A DNA stretch of 64,000 bases from Haliotis rufescens (taxonomy: Eukaryota): positions 2,108,001 to 2,172,000 of the forward strand of contig NW_025964346.1 of the NCBI RefSeq assembly GCF_023055435.1, read 5' to 3'. A program made the position numbers and the translations under genes. Within the stretch, counting starts at the first letter, position 1, and each line of letters begins with the position of its first letter. Below, piece by piece: positions 1 through 13,410 of the stretch. The notes below the pieces were generated by a model. The model did no database searches and was not told the DNA's origin. It was given only the letters and a program-made list of their open reading frames with translations.

Positions 1-527
1 GTAGAACCTAGATACAGAATCATCCATAGACCCTGCAGACATCCCCTGTAGACCCTCTATATACAACATCCCCTGTAGACTCTCTATATACAACATCCCC
101 TGTAGACCCTAGATACAGCATCACCCATAGACCCTGCAGACATCCCCTGTAGACCCTAGATACAGCATCACCCATAGACCCTGCAGACATCCCCTGTAGA
201 CCCTAGATACAGCATCACCCATAGACCCTGCAGACATCCCCTGTAGACCCTAGATACAGCATCACCCATAGACCCTGCAGACATCCCCTCTAGACCCTAG
301 ATACAGCATCACCCATAGACCCTGCAGACATCCCCTGTATACCCTAGATACAGCATCACCCATAGACCCTGCAGACATCCCCTGTAGACCCTAGATACAG
401 CATCACCCATAGACCCTGCAGACATCCCCTGTAGACCCTAGATACAGCATCACCCATAGACCCTGCAGACATCCCCTGTAGACCCTAGATACAGCATCAC
501 CCATAGACCCTGCAGACATCCGCTGTA
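1..527. repeat. 47-bp minisatellite (GTAGACCCTAGATACAGCATCACCCATAGACCCTGCAGACATCCCCT), ~11 copies, truncated by window edge
   Basis: Unit recurs at 47-bp spacing (e.g. 102, 149). Confidence 0.95.
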
Positions 528-1489
528 GCAGTATGGCAATGTGAAACTGATTTGAGCAAAGGAGGTGTCTAGTTGGTCAGACATTCATGGTAAGATGTAA
601 ATGTGTGGTTGGCTGACATGGTGCCTCAGACTCCAGTGATTGTTAGTGGGCTAACATCTGGTGTATCTCCCACAGAAGGTGATAAACACATTTATACCCT
701 GCCTCAAACAAACACTCATTGAAACCATTCTGCACAGTGTGACGGGTGCATAAACACAAGCAGCAGCACATGCACTGTGCATCCCCCAGCAGAACAATGT
801 CGCACAGTGATCCCCTGAAGATGTGGTGCCAGTACAATGGACCAATTGTTGTGATGCAGAGTTTACAGACCTAGAGTATATTAAATGTTTTGACACAGTA
901 ATAATAACTTTCAATGGCGCAATTGTAAACTACTCATCTGTTGAGGTAAATCAAGCAGTGTTGGTTTCCTTGTGCAAGTGAGTGAAGCTAGGACATCAAG
1001 AGTTATCTCCCTTCTGCTAACAACACTTCAAGCATGGGAAAAAATAAATGATTTTTTTCTCAGCAATATGAGGTTTGAGCATTCTCATTTACAAGAAGTT
1101 TGGACAAGTGATAGCTAACAGCTATAAATGAAGGAGTATTATGTGATATAAAACTTTTTTACAGCAAAACTTTCACAATATTGACAAGAATTGAAAACTT
1201 TAAGCTCCTGGAATATGTTTCATCACAAAGCGTCTATGAAGTGCCTCAAATAGATTCTTTATTCCAGCTTACCCTTAATTTTCTCCTTTTCTGTAACACA
1301 GCTAGCCCTAACTTAATCTGCCTCTCTAATCCAGTTAATTCTAAACTTCCTCCACTTCTCTAATCCAGTTACTTGTAAATTTAATGTGGTTCTCTTCTAA
1401 TTCAATTAACCCTAAACTTTCTCCTGTTCCCTCATCCAGTGCAAGAGCAATCAACACTTGGGGATGGATGATATAAGTGGCAATGAAAG

Positions 1490-2960
1490 TTACAACATAA
1501 GTAACAGTGTCAGCGACAATGTAACAATGTCAGCAACAAATTAACAGTGTCAGCGACAAAGTAAAAGTGTCAGCGACAATGTAACAATGTCAGCTACAAA
1601 GTAATAGTGTCAGCGACAAAGTAACAGTGTCAGCGATTAAGTAACAATGTAAGCAACAAAGTAACAATGTCAGCAACAAAGTAACAGTGTCAGCAACAAT
1701 GTAACAATGTCAGCGAGAATGTAACAATGTCAGCGACAAAGTAACAGTGTCAGTGACAAAGTAACAGTGTCAGCGACAATGTAAGTGACAATGTAAGTAA
1801 CAATGTAACCAACAATGTTAGTCACAATGTAAGTGAAATTGTAAGAGACGATGAAAGTGACAATGTTGGTAACAACGTAAAAGACAATGTAAGTGACAAT
1901 GTAAGCCACAATGTAAGTGACAATGTAAGTGACTATGTAAGTGACTATGTAAGGGACAATGTAAGGGACAATGTAAGTGACAATGTAAGTGACTATGTAA
2001 GTGACTATGTAAGTGACAATGTAAGTGACAATGTAAGTGACAATGTAACCAACAATGTTAGTCACAATGTAAGTGAAATTGTAAGAGACGATGAAAGTGA
2101 CAATGTTGGTAACAACGTAAAAGACAATGTAAGTGACAATGTAAGCCACAATGTAAGTGACAATGTAAGTGACTATGTAAGTGACAATGTAAGTGACTAT
2201 GTAAGTGACAATGTAAATGACAATGTAAGCCACAATGTAAAACACAATGTAAGCCACAATGTAAGGCTCAAAGTAAGCCACTAAGTGAGCCACAATGTAA
2301 GCCACAATGTAAGCCAAAATGTAAGCCACAATGTAAGCCACAATGTAAGAGAAAATGTAAGTCACAATGTAAGCCACAATGTAAGTCACAATGTAAGCCA
2401 CAATGTAAGAGACAATGTAAGTCACAATGTATATCACAATGTAAGTCACAATGTAAGCCACAATGTAAGTCACAATGTAAGCCACAATGTAAGTCACAGT
2501 ATAAGCCACAATGAAAGAGAAAATGTAAGAGACAATGTAAGCCACAAAGTAAGCCACAATGTAAGCCACAATGTAAGAGAAAATGTAAGTGACAATGTAA
2601 GTGACAATAAAGCCACAATGTAAGAGAAAATGTAAGCCACAATGTAAGCCACAATGTAAGAGAAAATGTAAGTGACAATGTAAGTGGCAATGTAAGTGGC
2701 AATGTAAGCCACAATGTAAGAGAAAATGTAAGTGACAATGTAAGCCACAATGTAAGCCACAATGTAAGAGAAAATGTAAGTGACAATGTAAGTGACAATG
2801 TAAGCCACAATGTAAGAGAAAATGTAAGTGACAATGTAAGTGACAATGTAAGCCACAATGTAAGCCACAATGTAAGAGAAAATGTAAGCCACAATGTAAG
2901 CCACAATGTAAGAGACAATGTAAGAGACAATGTAAGTGACAATGTAAGAAAGTAAGCCAC
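1490..2960. repeat. Compound array: 20-bp GTAACAGTGTCAGCGACAAA grading into 12-bp AATGTAAGTGAC/AATGTAAGCCAC, with a 240-bp-period higher-order duplication
   Basis: Direct reading; 1801-1920 is identical to 2041-2160. Confidence 0.95.
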
Positions 2961-3061
2961 CTAAGCCTATCCCACTTGCTGACCCCATCGCCATCTCACC
3001 TCACCTCACCTCACCATGCCAACTTCCCCTCCACCTCACCTCACTGCTAAAACATACATAC

Positions 3062-3202
3062 AATGTATAGTTTGATGTTGACCTGGTCCTTCAGAGAGGT
3101 CACAGTGTGTGAAAGCACCACTTGGTCCTGGAGTCTGGGGGTCTGGAGACGAAAGGACACCCTTGCTTCATCCTCTGCATCTTCTTGAAAGACAACCATC
3201 AC
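3062..3202 (-). CDS. Gene A exon 9 (phase 0-0): VMVVFQEDAEDEARVSFRLQTPRLQDQVVLSHTVTSLKDQVNIKLYI
   Basis: Acceptor ttgttgcag|, donor att|gtatgt, 141 nt open; clear similarity to gene B exon 57247-57375 (VxFQE..D..RV......PxLQD). Confidence 0.85.
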
Positions 3203-4372
3203 CTGCAACAATCATTGTCCTGTTACACACAACCATCACCTGCAACAATCACTGTCCTGTTACACACAACCATCACCTGCAACAATCACTGTCCTGTTAC
3301 ACACAACCATCACCTGCAACAATCACTGTCCTGTTACACACAACCATCACCTGCAACAATCACTGTCCTGCTACACACAACCATCACCTGCAACAATCAC
3401 TGTCCTGCTACACACAACCATCACCTGCAACAATCACTGTCCTGTTACACACAACCATCACCTGCAACAATCACTGTCCTGTTACACACAACCATCACCT
3501 GCAACAATCACTGTCCTGTTACACACAACCATCACCTGCAACAATCACTGTCCTGCTACACACAACCATCACCTGCAACAATCATTGTCCTGCTACACAC
3601 AACCATCACCTGCAACAATCACTGTCCTGTTACACACAACCATCACCTGCAACAATCACTGTCCTGTTACACACAACCATCACCTGCAACAATCACTGTC
3701 CTGTTACACACAACCATCACCTGCAACAATCACTGTCCTGTTACACACAACCATCACCTGCAACAATCACTGTCCTGTTACACATAACCATCACCTGCAA
3801 CAATCACTGTCCTGTTACACACAACCATCACCTGCAACAATCATTGTCCTGTTACACACAACCATCACCTGCAACAATCACTGTCCTGTTACACACAACC
3901 ATCACCTGCAACAATCACTGTCCTGTTACACACAACCATCACCTGCAACAATCACTGTCCTGTTACACACAACCATCACCTGCAACAATCACTGTCCTGT
4001 TACACACAACCATCACCTGCAACAATCACTGTCCTGTTACACACAACCATCACCTGCAACAATCACTGTCCTGCTACACACAACCATCACCTGCAACAAT
4101 CATTGTCCTGCTACACACAACCATCACCTGCAACAATCACTGTCCTGTTACACACAACCATCACCTGCAACAATCACTGTCCTGTTACACACAACCATCA
4201 CCTGCAACAATCACTGTCCTGTTACACACAACCATCACCTGCAACAATCACTGTCCTGTTACACACAACCATCACCTGCAACAATCACTGTCCTGTTACA
4301 CACAACCATCACCTGCAACAATCACTGTCCTGTTACACACAACCATCACCTGCAACAATCACTGTCCTGTTA
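3192..4372. repeat. 37-bp minisatellite (ACAACCATCACCTGCAACAATCACTGTCCTGTTACAC), ~32 near-identical copies; the unit contains the exon 9 acceptor
   Basis: Minus-strand unit reads ...gattgttgcag|gtgatggttgt, the same as the exon 9 junction. Confidence 0.95.
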
Positions 4373-5760
4373 CTACAATGTAACACTCTGCTGTGTGACA
4401 CTCTACAATGTGACACTCTGCTGTGTGTCATTCTACAATGTGACGCTCTGCTATGTGACATTCTACAATGTGACACTCTGCTGTGTGACACTCTACAATG
4501 TGACTCTCTGCTGTGTGACGCTCTACAATGTGGCACTCTACAATGTGACACACTGCTGTGTGACACCCTTCAATGAGACGCTCTGCTATGTGACATTCTA
4601 CAATGTGACACTCTGCTGTGTGACACTCTACTATGTGACACTGTGCTGTGTGACCCTCTACAATGTGACCCTCTGCTCTGTGACATTCTACAATGTGACA
4701 CTCTGCTGTGTGACACTCTACTATGTGACACTGTGCTGTGTGACACTCTACAATGTGACACTTCTGTGTGACGCTCTACAATGTGACACTGCTGTGTGAC
4801 ACCCTACAATGTGACACTGCTGTGTGACACTACAATGTGACTCTCTGCTGTGTGACTCTTCAATGTGACACTCTGCTATGTGACACTCTACAATGTGACA
4901 CTGTGTTGTGTGACATTCTACAATGTGACTCTCTGCTGTGTGACATTCTACAATGTGACACTCTGCTGTGTGACATTCTACAATGTGACACTCTGCTGTG
5001 TGACACTCTACAATGTGACTCTCTGCTGTGTGACGCTCTACAATGTGGCACTCTACAATGTGACACACTGCTGTGTGACACCCTTCAATGAGACGCTCTG
5101 CTATGTGACATTCTACAATGTGACTCTCTGCTGTGTGACACTCTACTATGTGACACTGTGCTGTGTGACCCTCTACAATGTGACCCTCTGCTCTGTGACA
5201 TTCTACAATGTGACACTCTGCTGTGTGACACTCTACTATGTGACACTGTGCTGTGTGACATTCTACAATGTGACACTTCTGTGTGACGCTCTACAATGTG
5301 ACACTGCTGTGTGACACCCTACAATGTGACACTGCTGTGTGACACTACAATGTGACTCTCTGCTGTGTGACTCTTCAATGTGACACTCTGCTATGTGACA
5401 CTCTACAATGTGACACTGTGTTGTGTGACATTCTACAATGTGACTCTCTGCTGTGTGACATTCTACAATGTGACACTCTGCTGTGTGACATTCTAGTATG
5501 TGACACTCTGCTGTGTGACATTCTAGTATGTGACACTACTGTGACACTCTACTCTGTGACACTCTACTATGTGACACTCTACAATGTGACACTGTGTTGT
5601 GTGACATTCTACAATGTGACTCTCTGCTGTGTGACATTCTACAATGTGACACTCTGCTGTGTGACATTCTAGTATGTGACACTACTGTGACACTCTACTC
5701 TGTGACACTCTACTCTGTGACACTCTACTATGTGACACTCTATGTGACACTCTTCCATGT
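4373..5760. repeat. 15/30-bp minisatellite (CTCTACAATGTGACA / CTCTGCTGTGTGACA) with a 515-bp higher-order duplication
   Basis: Direct reading; matching ORF starts offset by 515 (4570/5085, 4837/5352). Confidence 0.95.
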
Positions 5761-6259
5761 GGCACTGCTGTTTGCCACTCTGCCACTCTGCCACTGACAC
5801 TGTGTCTGACACTGTGCACTGTATTGTGCAGGAATATATCAGCAGCCACGTTTTGAGACGTGCGACAAATGGACGATTAAGATGCTCCCTAGGGACATAA
5901 ACTTGGCATCAAGGTGTCTGGTGGCAGTTTATAGGACCAGTACAACTTCTATAATAAAAGCCTTTTCCACTTAAACACAGACAATAATATGCTTCAAGTG
6001 TCTGTACACAATGATAAAGCTGAAATTAGAGCTAAGTGATAAAATCTCCTCCTTGGTCTGCACGCTGCCTTGGCTTGATGGCAGTGGAGTATTCAGGACT
6101 AAGACTCTCCCGGCTTAGTGTCTCACCAGGACAGACTAATTGCCATTTGACAACCAGTAATATCACACCAAATCTGACTATTAAATGTCACTCAATACAA
6201 TAAACCATCATTAGAGCCATAATTGCCTGGAACATCCACAAACTGTCTGCTCATCCCCC

Positions 6260-7745
6260 TGTCTACAACCACCTCTTGAAAATCACCTCTCGACGACAAC
6301 CTCTCACAACCACCTCTCAATAACCACCTGTCTACAACCACCTCTTGAAAATCACCTCTCGACGACAACCTCTCACAACCACCTCTCAATAACCACCTGT
6401 CTACAACCACCTCTCTACAACCACCTGTCACAACCACCTGTCACAACCACCTCTTAATAACCACCTGTCTACAACCAACTCTTGTAAATCACCTCTCGAC
6501 GACAACCTCTCACAACCACCTCTTAATAACCACCTGTCTACAACCAACTCTTGTAAATCACCTCTCGACGACAACCTCTCACAACCACCTCTTAATAACC
6601 ACCTGTCTACAACCAACTCTTGTAAATCACCTCTCGACGACAACCTCTCACAACCATCTCTTAATAACCACCTGTCTACAACCACCTCTCTACAACCACC
6701 TGTCACAACCACCTGTCACAACCAACTCTCCACACCACCTCTCTGCAACCACCCGTCACCCAACTCTCAACAACCACCTCTCCACAACCACCTCTCCACA
6801 ACCATCTCTCAACAACCACCTCGCTACAACCACATGTCACAACCCTCACTCGATAACCACCTGTCACAACCATCTTTCTGCAACCACCTCTCTACAACCA
6901 ACTCTCTACAACCACCTTGCTTCAACCACCTCTCTACAACCAACTCTCGACAACCAACTCTCGACAACCAACTCTCGACAACCACCTCTCTACAACCAAC
7001 TCTCTACAGCCAACTCTCAACAACCAACTCTCTACAACCACCTCTCTACAACCACCTCTCTACAACAACCTCTCTACAACAACCCGTCACCCAACTCTTG
7101 ACAATCACCTCTTCACAACCACCACCCTACAACCACCTGTCTTCAATCACCTGTCTACAATCACCTGTCACAACCACCTTTTTTCAACCACATCGCTTCA
7201 ACCACCTCTCTATAACCAACTCTCAACAACCACCTCGCTACAACCACCTGTCTTCAACCACCTCGCTACAACCACCTGTCTTCAACCACCTCGCTACAAC
7301 CACCTGTCTTCAACCACCTCGCTACAACCACCTGTCTTCAACCACCTGTCTTCAACCACCTCGCTACAACCACCTGTCTACAATCACCTGTCACAACCAC
7401 CTTTTTTCAACCACATCGCTTCAACCACCTCTCTATTACCAACTCTCAACAACCACCTCTCTACAACCACCTGTCTACAACCACCTCGCTTCAACCACCT
7501 CTCTATAACCAACTCTCAACAACCACCTCTCTACAACCAACTCTCAACAACCACCTCACTACAACCACCTCGCTACACCCACCTGTCTTCAACCACCTGT
7601 CACAACCAACTCTCGACAACCAACTCACTACAACCAACTCACTACAACCACCTCTCAACAACCACCTCTCAACAACCACCTGTCTACAACCACTTCGCTT
7701 CAACCACCTCGCTTCAACCACCTCACTTCAACCACCTCTCTACAA
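6260..7745. repeat. Degenerate ~14-bp CAACCACCTCTCTA array
   Basis: Direct reading. Confidence 0.9.
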
Positions 7746-7943
7746 ACACATACCATTTCCATGACAACCTACTTCCACAACAAGGACATGTATAGTTTCG
7801 ACTGCGTGCAAGACATCAACTTGGAGGTAATCACGACCAAGAAGGAACAACTTTCCCCATCACTTCCCTGACATCCCAGTACCTGTTCTATCTTCCCTCC
7901 ACTAGCGCCTCTGTGAATCGTTACAGGTATTGATCTGCCTTAC

Positions 7944-8027
7944 CAACCCAAGACAGCTTCTGCTCAAACACCTTTGGCTGAGATTTTTTCTACCCAATAA
8001 CATTTCTGGAATACATGCTCTTGAAGT
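7944..8027 (-). CDS. Gene A exon 8 (phase 0-0): TSRACIPEMLLGRKNLSQRCLSRSCLGL
   Basis: Acceptor gtccctccag|, donor ttg|gtaagg; only phase 0 is open; RACIPEMLLG resembles RTCMPDLSPG in gene B exon 47672-47776. Confidence 0.75.
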
Positions 8028-8419
8028 CTGGAGGGACATGTCAATGCATCCTTAAAAAGTGAGGAGGAATTTGTCTGATTCAAACAAGAGCAAAGCCCAT
8101 CACTAAAGCAGCAGACATTTCAATTACATTGGTGTCCATGGTTTCCTCGGGAATAACAGCCCCAAGGGATATCATGAAGTTACTTCTTTTAGTTAAAAAA
8201 GACTAATTTCAGTGGTTGTGACAAGGAGATATTTAGAATAACAAAATAAAGTCAGATAAAACATATTTCAAATCTAATTGAGACCACCAATGTTTTGTGA
8301 AATACTAATTGATCATAAGTGCACTGGACAAAGGCATTTTTCTTTGATTTTTCAACATTGCAAATACATTTTAGAACCATTGCGCTGTCCCTCGACCACT
8401 TCCGCAAGCCATCAAGCCA

Positions 8420-11400
8420 TCACCCCGTCACCCTCCTCATCCAATCACCCCGTCACTATCCTCATCCCATCACCCTCCTCACCCTGTCACCCTCCTCATC
8501 CTGTCACCCTCCTCATCCTGTCACCCTCCTCATCCTGTCACTCTCCTGATCCTGTCACCCTCCTCACCCTCCTCACCCTGTCACCCTCCTCATCCTGTCA
8601 CCCTCCTCTTCCTGTCACTCTCCTGATCCTGTCACCCTCCTCATTCTGTCACCCTCCTCATCCTGTCACCCTCCTCATCCTGTCACCCTCCTCATCCTGT
8701 CACCCTCCTCTTCCTGTCACTCTCCTGATCCTGTCACCCTCCTCATTCTGTCACCCTCCTCATCCTGTCACCCTCCTCATCCTGTCAACCTCCTCACCCT
8801 GTCACCCTCCTCATCCCATCACCCTCCTCATCCCGTCACCCTCCTCATTCTGTCACCCTCCTCATCCCGTCACCCTCCTCATTCTGTCACCCTCCTCTTC
8901 CTGTCACCCTCCTCATCCTGTCACTCTTGTCACCCTCCTCTTCCTGTCACCCTCCCTCCTCATCCTGTCACTCTCCTCATCCTGTCACCCTCCTGATCCT
9001 GTCACCCTCCTCTTCCTGTCACTCTCCTGATCCTGTCACCCTCCTCATTCTGTCACCCTCCTCATCCTGTCACCCTCCTCATCCTGTCAACCTCCTCACC
9101 CTGTCACCCTCCTCATCCCATCACCCTCCTCATCCCGTCACCCTCCTCATTCTGTCACCCTCCTCATCCCGTCACCCTCCTCATTCTGTCACCCTCCTCT
9201 TCCTGTCACCCTCCTCTTCCTGTCCCCCTTCTCATCCTGTCACCCTCCTCATCCTGTCACTCTCCTCATCCTGTCACCCTCCTGATCCTGTCACCCTCCT
9301 CTTCCTGTCCCCCTTCTCATCCTGTCACCCTCCTCATCCTGTCACTCTCCTCATCCTGTCACCCTCCTGATCCTGTCACCCTCCTCTTCCTGTCACCCTC
9401 CTCTTCCTGTCACCCTCCTCATCCTGTCACCCTCCTCATCTTGTCACCCTCCTCATCCTGTCACTCTCCTCATCCTGTCACTCTCCTCATCCTGTCACCC
9501 TCCTCATCCTGTCACCCTCCTCTTCCTGTCACCCTCCTCATCCTGTCACCCTCCTCATCTTGTCACCCTCCTCTTCCTGTCACCCTCCCTCCTCATCCTG
9601 TCACTCTCCTCATCCTGTCACCCTCCTCTTCCTGTCACTCTCCTGATCCTGTCACCCTCCTCATTCTGTCACCCTCCTCATCCTGTCACCCTCCTCATCC
9701 TGTCACCCTCCTCATCCTGTCACCCTCCTCTTCCTGTCACTCTCCTGATCCTGTCACCCTCCTCATTCTGTCACCCTCCTCATCCTGTCACCCTCCTCAT
9801 CCTGTCAACCTCCTCACCCTGTCACCCTCCTCATCCCATCACCCTCCTCATCCCGTCACCCTCCTCATTCTGTCACCCTCCTCATCCCGTCACCCTCCTC
9901 ATTCTGTCACCCTCCTCATCCTGTCACTCTCCTCTTCCTGTCCCCCTTCTCATCCTGTCACCCTCCTCATCCTGTCACTCTCCTCATCCTGTCACCCTCC
10001 TGATCCTGTCACCCTCCTCTTCCTGTCACCCTCCTCATCCTGTCACCCTCCTCATCTTGTCACCCTCCTCATCCTGTCACTCTCCTCATCCTGTCACTCT
10101 CCTCATCCTGTCACCCTCCTCATCCTGTCACCCTCCTCTTCCTGTCACCCTCCTCTTCCTGTCACCCTCCTCATCCTGTCACCCTCCTCATCTTGTCACC
10201 CTCCTCTTCCTGTCACCCTCCCTCCTCATCCTGTCACTCTCCTCATCCTGTCACCCTCCTGATCCTGTCACCCTCCTCTTCCTGTCACTCTCCTGATCCT
10301 GTCACCCTCCTCATTCTGTCACCCTCCTCATCCTGTCACCCTCCTCATCCTGTCAACCTCCTCACCCTGTCACCCTCCTCATCCCATCACCCTCCTCATC
10401 CCGTCACCCTCCTCATTCTGTCACCCTCCTCATCCCGTCACCCTCCTCATTCTGTCACCCTCCTCTTCCTGTCACCCTCCTCTTCCTGTCCCCCTTCTCA
10501 TCCTGTCACCCTCCTCATCCTGTCACTCTCCTCATCCTGTCACCCTCCTCATCCTGTCACCCTCCTCTTCCTGTCACCCTCCTCTTCCTGTCACCCTCCT
10601 CATCCTGTCACCCTCCTCATCTTGTCACCCTCCTCTTCCTGTCACCCTCCCTCCTCATCCTGTCACTCTCCTCATCCTGTCACCCTCCTGATCCTGTCAC
10701 CCTCCTCTTCCTGTCACTCTCCTGATCCTGTCACCCTCCTCATTCTGTCACCCTCCTCATCCTGTCACCCTCCTCATCCTGTCAACCTCCTCACCCTGTC
10801 ACCCTCCTCATCCCATCACCCTCCTCATCCCGTCACCCTCCTCATTCTGTCACCCTCCTCATCCCGTCACCCTCCTCATTCTGTCACCCTCCTCTTCCTG
10901 TCACCCTCCTCTTCCTGTCCCCCTTCTCATCCTGTCACCCTCCTCATCCTGTCACTCTCCTCATCCTGTCACCCTCCTGATCCTGTCACTCTCCTCTTCC
11001 TGTCCCCCTTCTCATCCTGTCACCCTCCTCATCCTGTCACTCTCCTCATCCTGTCACCCTCCTGATCCTGTCACCCTCCTCTTCCTGTCACCCTCCTCTT
11101 CCTGTCACCCTCCTCATCCTGTCACCCTCCTCATCTTGTCACCCTCCTCATCCTGTCACTCTCCTCATCCTGTCACTCTCCTCATCCTGTCACCCTCCTC
11201 ATCCTGTCACCCTCCTCTTCCTGTCACCCTCCTCTTCCTGTCACCCTCCTCATCCTGTCACCCTCCTCATCTTGTCACCCTCCTCTTCCTGTCACCCTCC
11301 CTCCTCATCCTGTCACTCTCCTCATCCTGTCACCCTCCTCATCCTGTCACCCTCCTCTTCCTGTCACCCTCCTCATCCTGTCACCCTCCTCTTCCTGTCA

Positions 11401-11580
11401 CCCTCCTCATCCTGTCACCCTCCTCATCTTGTCACCCTCCTCTTCCTGTCACCCTCCTCATCCTGTCACTCTCCTCATCCTGTCACCCTCCTCATCCTGT
11501 CACCCTCCTCTTCCTGTCACCATCCTCTTCCTGTCACCCTCCTCATCCTGTCACCCTCCTCATCCTGTCACCCTCCTCAT
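8420..11580. repeat. 17-bp pyrimidine-rich minisatellite (CTGTCACCCTCCTCATC) with kb-scale internal duplications
   Basis: Direct reading; matching blocks start at 8927 and 10193. Confidence 0.95.
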
Positions 11581-11835
11581 GACTTGATTGATGCATATCA
11601 TCAGATTCAAATTGTGTGGATTGATGCTCATGAAGTCAATCACTGGTTAGTCGGGTTCAGATTTGATTATTTACAGACCGAGGTCATATTGCTGGCATAT
11701 TGATGAGTGCTGCGTTAAACAACAAACCAACATCATATTGCTGGCATATTGATGAGTGCTGCGTTAAACAACAAACCACCGTCATATTGCTGGCATATTG
11801 ATGAGTGCTGCGTTAAACAACAAAGAAACAAACAA
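11581..11835 (+). mobile_element. Dispersed SINE-like repeat (family 1), 3' part, with the terminal 49 bp triplicated
   Basis: Reverse complement matches the copies at 22853-23062 and 50240-50475; ends GCGTTAAACAACAAAC. Confidence 0.75.
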
Positions 11836-11849
11836 TATTCGATATTCAC

Positions 11850-11914
11850 CCGTTGTACCATTCTGTACACCCATGTTTGGGTGACAACTCCCCTCCCCTC
11901 GCGTCGAGTGTTGT
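11850..11914 (-). CDS. Gene A exon 7 (phase 1-0): NNTRREGRGVVTQTWVYRMVQR
   Basis: Acceptor ctttcactgctgtag|, donor cgg|gtgaat; phases link exon 6 to exon 8. Confidence 0.6.
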
Positions 11915-12011
11915 CTACAGCAGTGAAAGGCCAGGTAGGGGCGACATCAAAGGGACATTATTTGACCGTTATGCTACTCTGTGTTTCTGCTTTACAAGGC
12001 TTGCCACTCAC

Positions 12012-12034
12012 TGGTCACAATGGCAACAAACGGC
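12012..12034 (-). CDS. Gene A exon 6, 23-nt microexon (phase 2-1): (L)PFVAIVT
   Basis: Acceptor gacatttctgtag|, donor cca|gtgagt. Confidence 0.6.
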
Positions 12035-12249
12035 CTACAGAAATGTCACAGAAGATTCACTAAGGGGCTTGCTGGTTAAAAGTCCATTACTTCAGACATA
12101 AATCAGCAGAATGCACCAGACCAGAACGGAGACAGAGTGACACACTGTAGTGACTTGTGTTTGTCAGATGCATATGTATCAGAGAAAGGATATGGTGAAT
12201 ATATTGAAGGAAAAGTTTGTACGTTTGCCAGGGCTTTACCTCAACTTAC

Positions 12250-12293
12250 AAAACTGAGGGTCCAAGGATCCTCAGAGGAAGCGTGAGTGCCCT
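12250..12293 (-). CDS. Gene A exon 5, 44 nt (phase 0-2 preferred): RALTLPLRILGPSV
   Basis: Acceptor ccattacttcag|, donor ttt|gtaagt; RILG matches RLLG in gene B; reading frame depends on the exon 4 choice. Confidence 0.65.
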
Positions 12294-12295
12294 CT

Positions 12296-13198
12296 GAAGT
12301 AATGGTGAGGTGTACTGTACAGTAATGGTGAGGTGTCCTGTAAAATAATGGTGAGGTGTCCTGTTAACTGATGGTGAGGTGTCCTGTAAACTAATGGTGA
12401 GGTATCCTGTAAACTAATGGTGAGGTGTCCTGTAAAGTAATGGTGAGGTATCCTGTAAAGTAATGGTGAGGTGTCCTGTAAAGTAATGGTGAGGTATCCT
12501 GTAAACTAATGGTGAGGTGTCCTGTAAAGTAATGGTGAGGTGTCCTGTAAAGTAATGGTGAGGTATCCTGTAAACTAATGGTGAGGTATCCTGTAAAGTA
12601 ATGGTGAGGTGTCCTGTAAAATAATGGTGAGGTATCCTGTAAAGTAATGGTGAGGTGTCCTGTAAAGTAATGGTGAGGTGCACTCTTACATAATGGTGAG
12701 GTGTACTGTAAAGTAATGGTGAGGTGTCCTGTAAAGTAATGGTCAGGAGCACTGTTACGTAATGGTGAGGTGTCCTGTACTGTAAAGTAATAGTGAGGTG
12801 TCCTGTAAAGTAATGGTGAGGTATCCTGTAAAGTAATGGTGAGGTGTCCTGTACTGTTAAGTAATGGTGAGGTGTCCTGTAAAGTAATGGTGAGGTGTCA
12901 TGTACTATTAAGTAATGGTGATGTGTCCTGTAAAGTAATGGTGAGGTGTCCTGTACTGTAAAGCAATGGTGGGGTGTCCTGTACTGTTAAGTAATGGTGA
13001 GGTGTCCTGTACTGTAAAGTAATGGTGAGGTGTCCTGTACTGTTAAGTAATGGTGAGGTGTCCTGTAAAGTAATGGTGAGGTGTCCTGTAAAGTAATGGT
13101 GAGGTGTCCTGTACTGTTAAGTAATGGTGAGGTGTCCTGTAAAGTAATGGTGAGGTGTCCTGTACTGTAAAGTAATGGTGAGGTGTACTGTACTGTAA
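12296..13198. repeat. 23-bp (and 28-bp variant) minisatellite GTAAAGTAATGGTGAGGTGTCCT abutting the exon 5 acceptor
   Basis: Terminal copy on the minus strand reads ctcaccattacttcag|. Confidence 0.95.
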
Positions 13199-13317
13199 GA
13201 TCTCATGATTACTTTAATTACAGGACACTGTCAAGAATTTGGTACAATGAATTAATTATTGTGCATATTCTTTTTACTGTTTCCATTTTGTACATTTGTG
13301 GGAACTGGACAACCCTG

Positions 13318-13410
13318 GTTTGTGTTTAAATCCACATTCTGCAATATTCCCACTGTGTGATGTCAGACTGTAGATAATCTCATGTAATCCAGTGACTGAT
13401 ATTATGAGCT
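13318..13410 (-). mobile_element. Degenerate SINE-like family 1 fragment
   Basis: Shares GCAATATTCC...CTGTA(G/A)ATAATC...ATCCAGTG...ATGAGC with the other copies. Confidence 0.5.

Noticed and set aside
643-914. Minus-strand ORFs as the next (TM or terminal) exon of gene A
   Set aside because: A phase-0 acceptor exists near 870, but the peptide has no convincing TM helix or similarity to gene B's TM exon.
6127-6226. Candidate minus exon (AIMALMMVYCIE* or IWCDITGCQMAISLS)
   Set aside because: Exons 8 and 9 already join in phase with paralog-matching spacing; it could at most be an alternative terminal exon.
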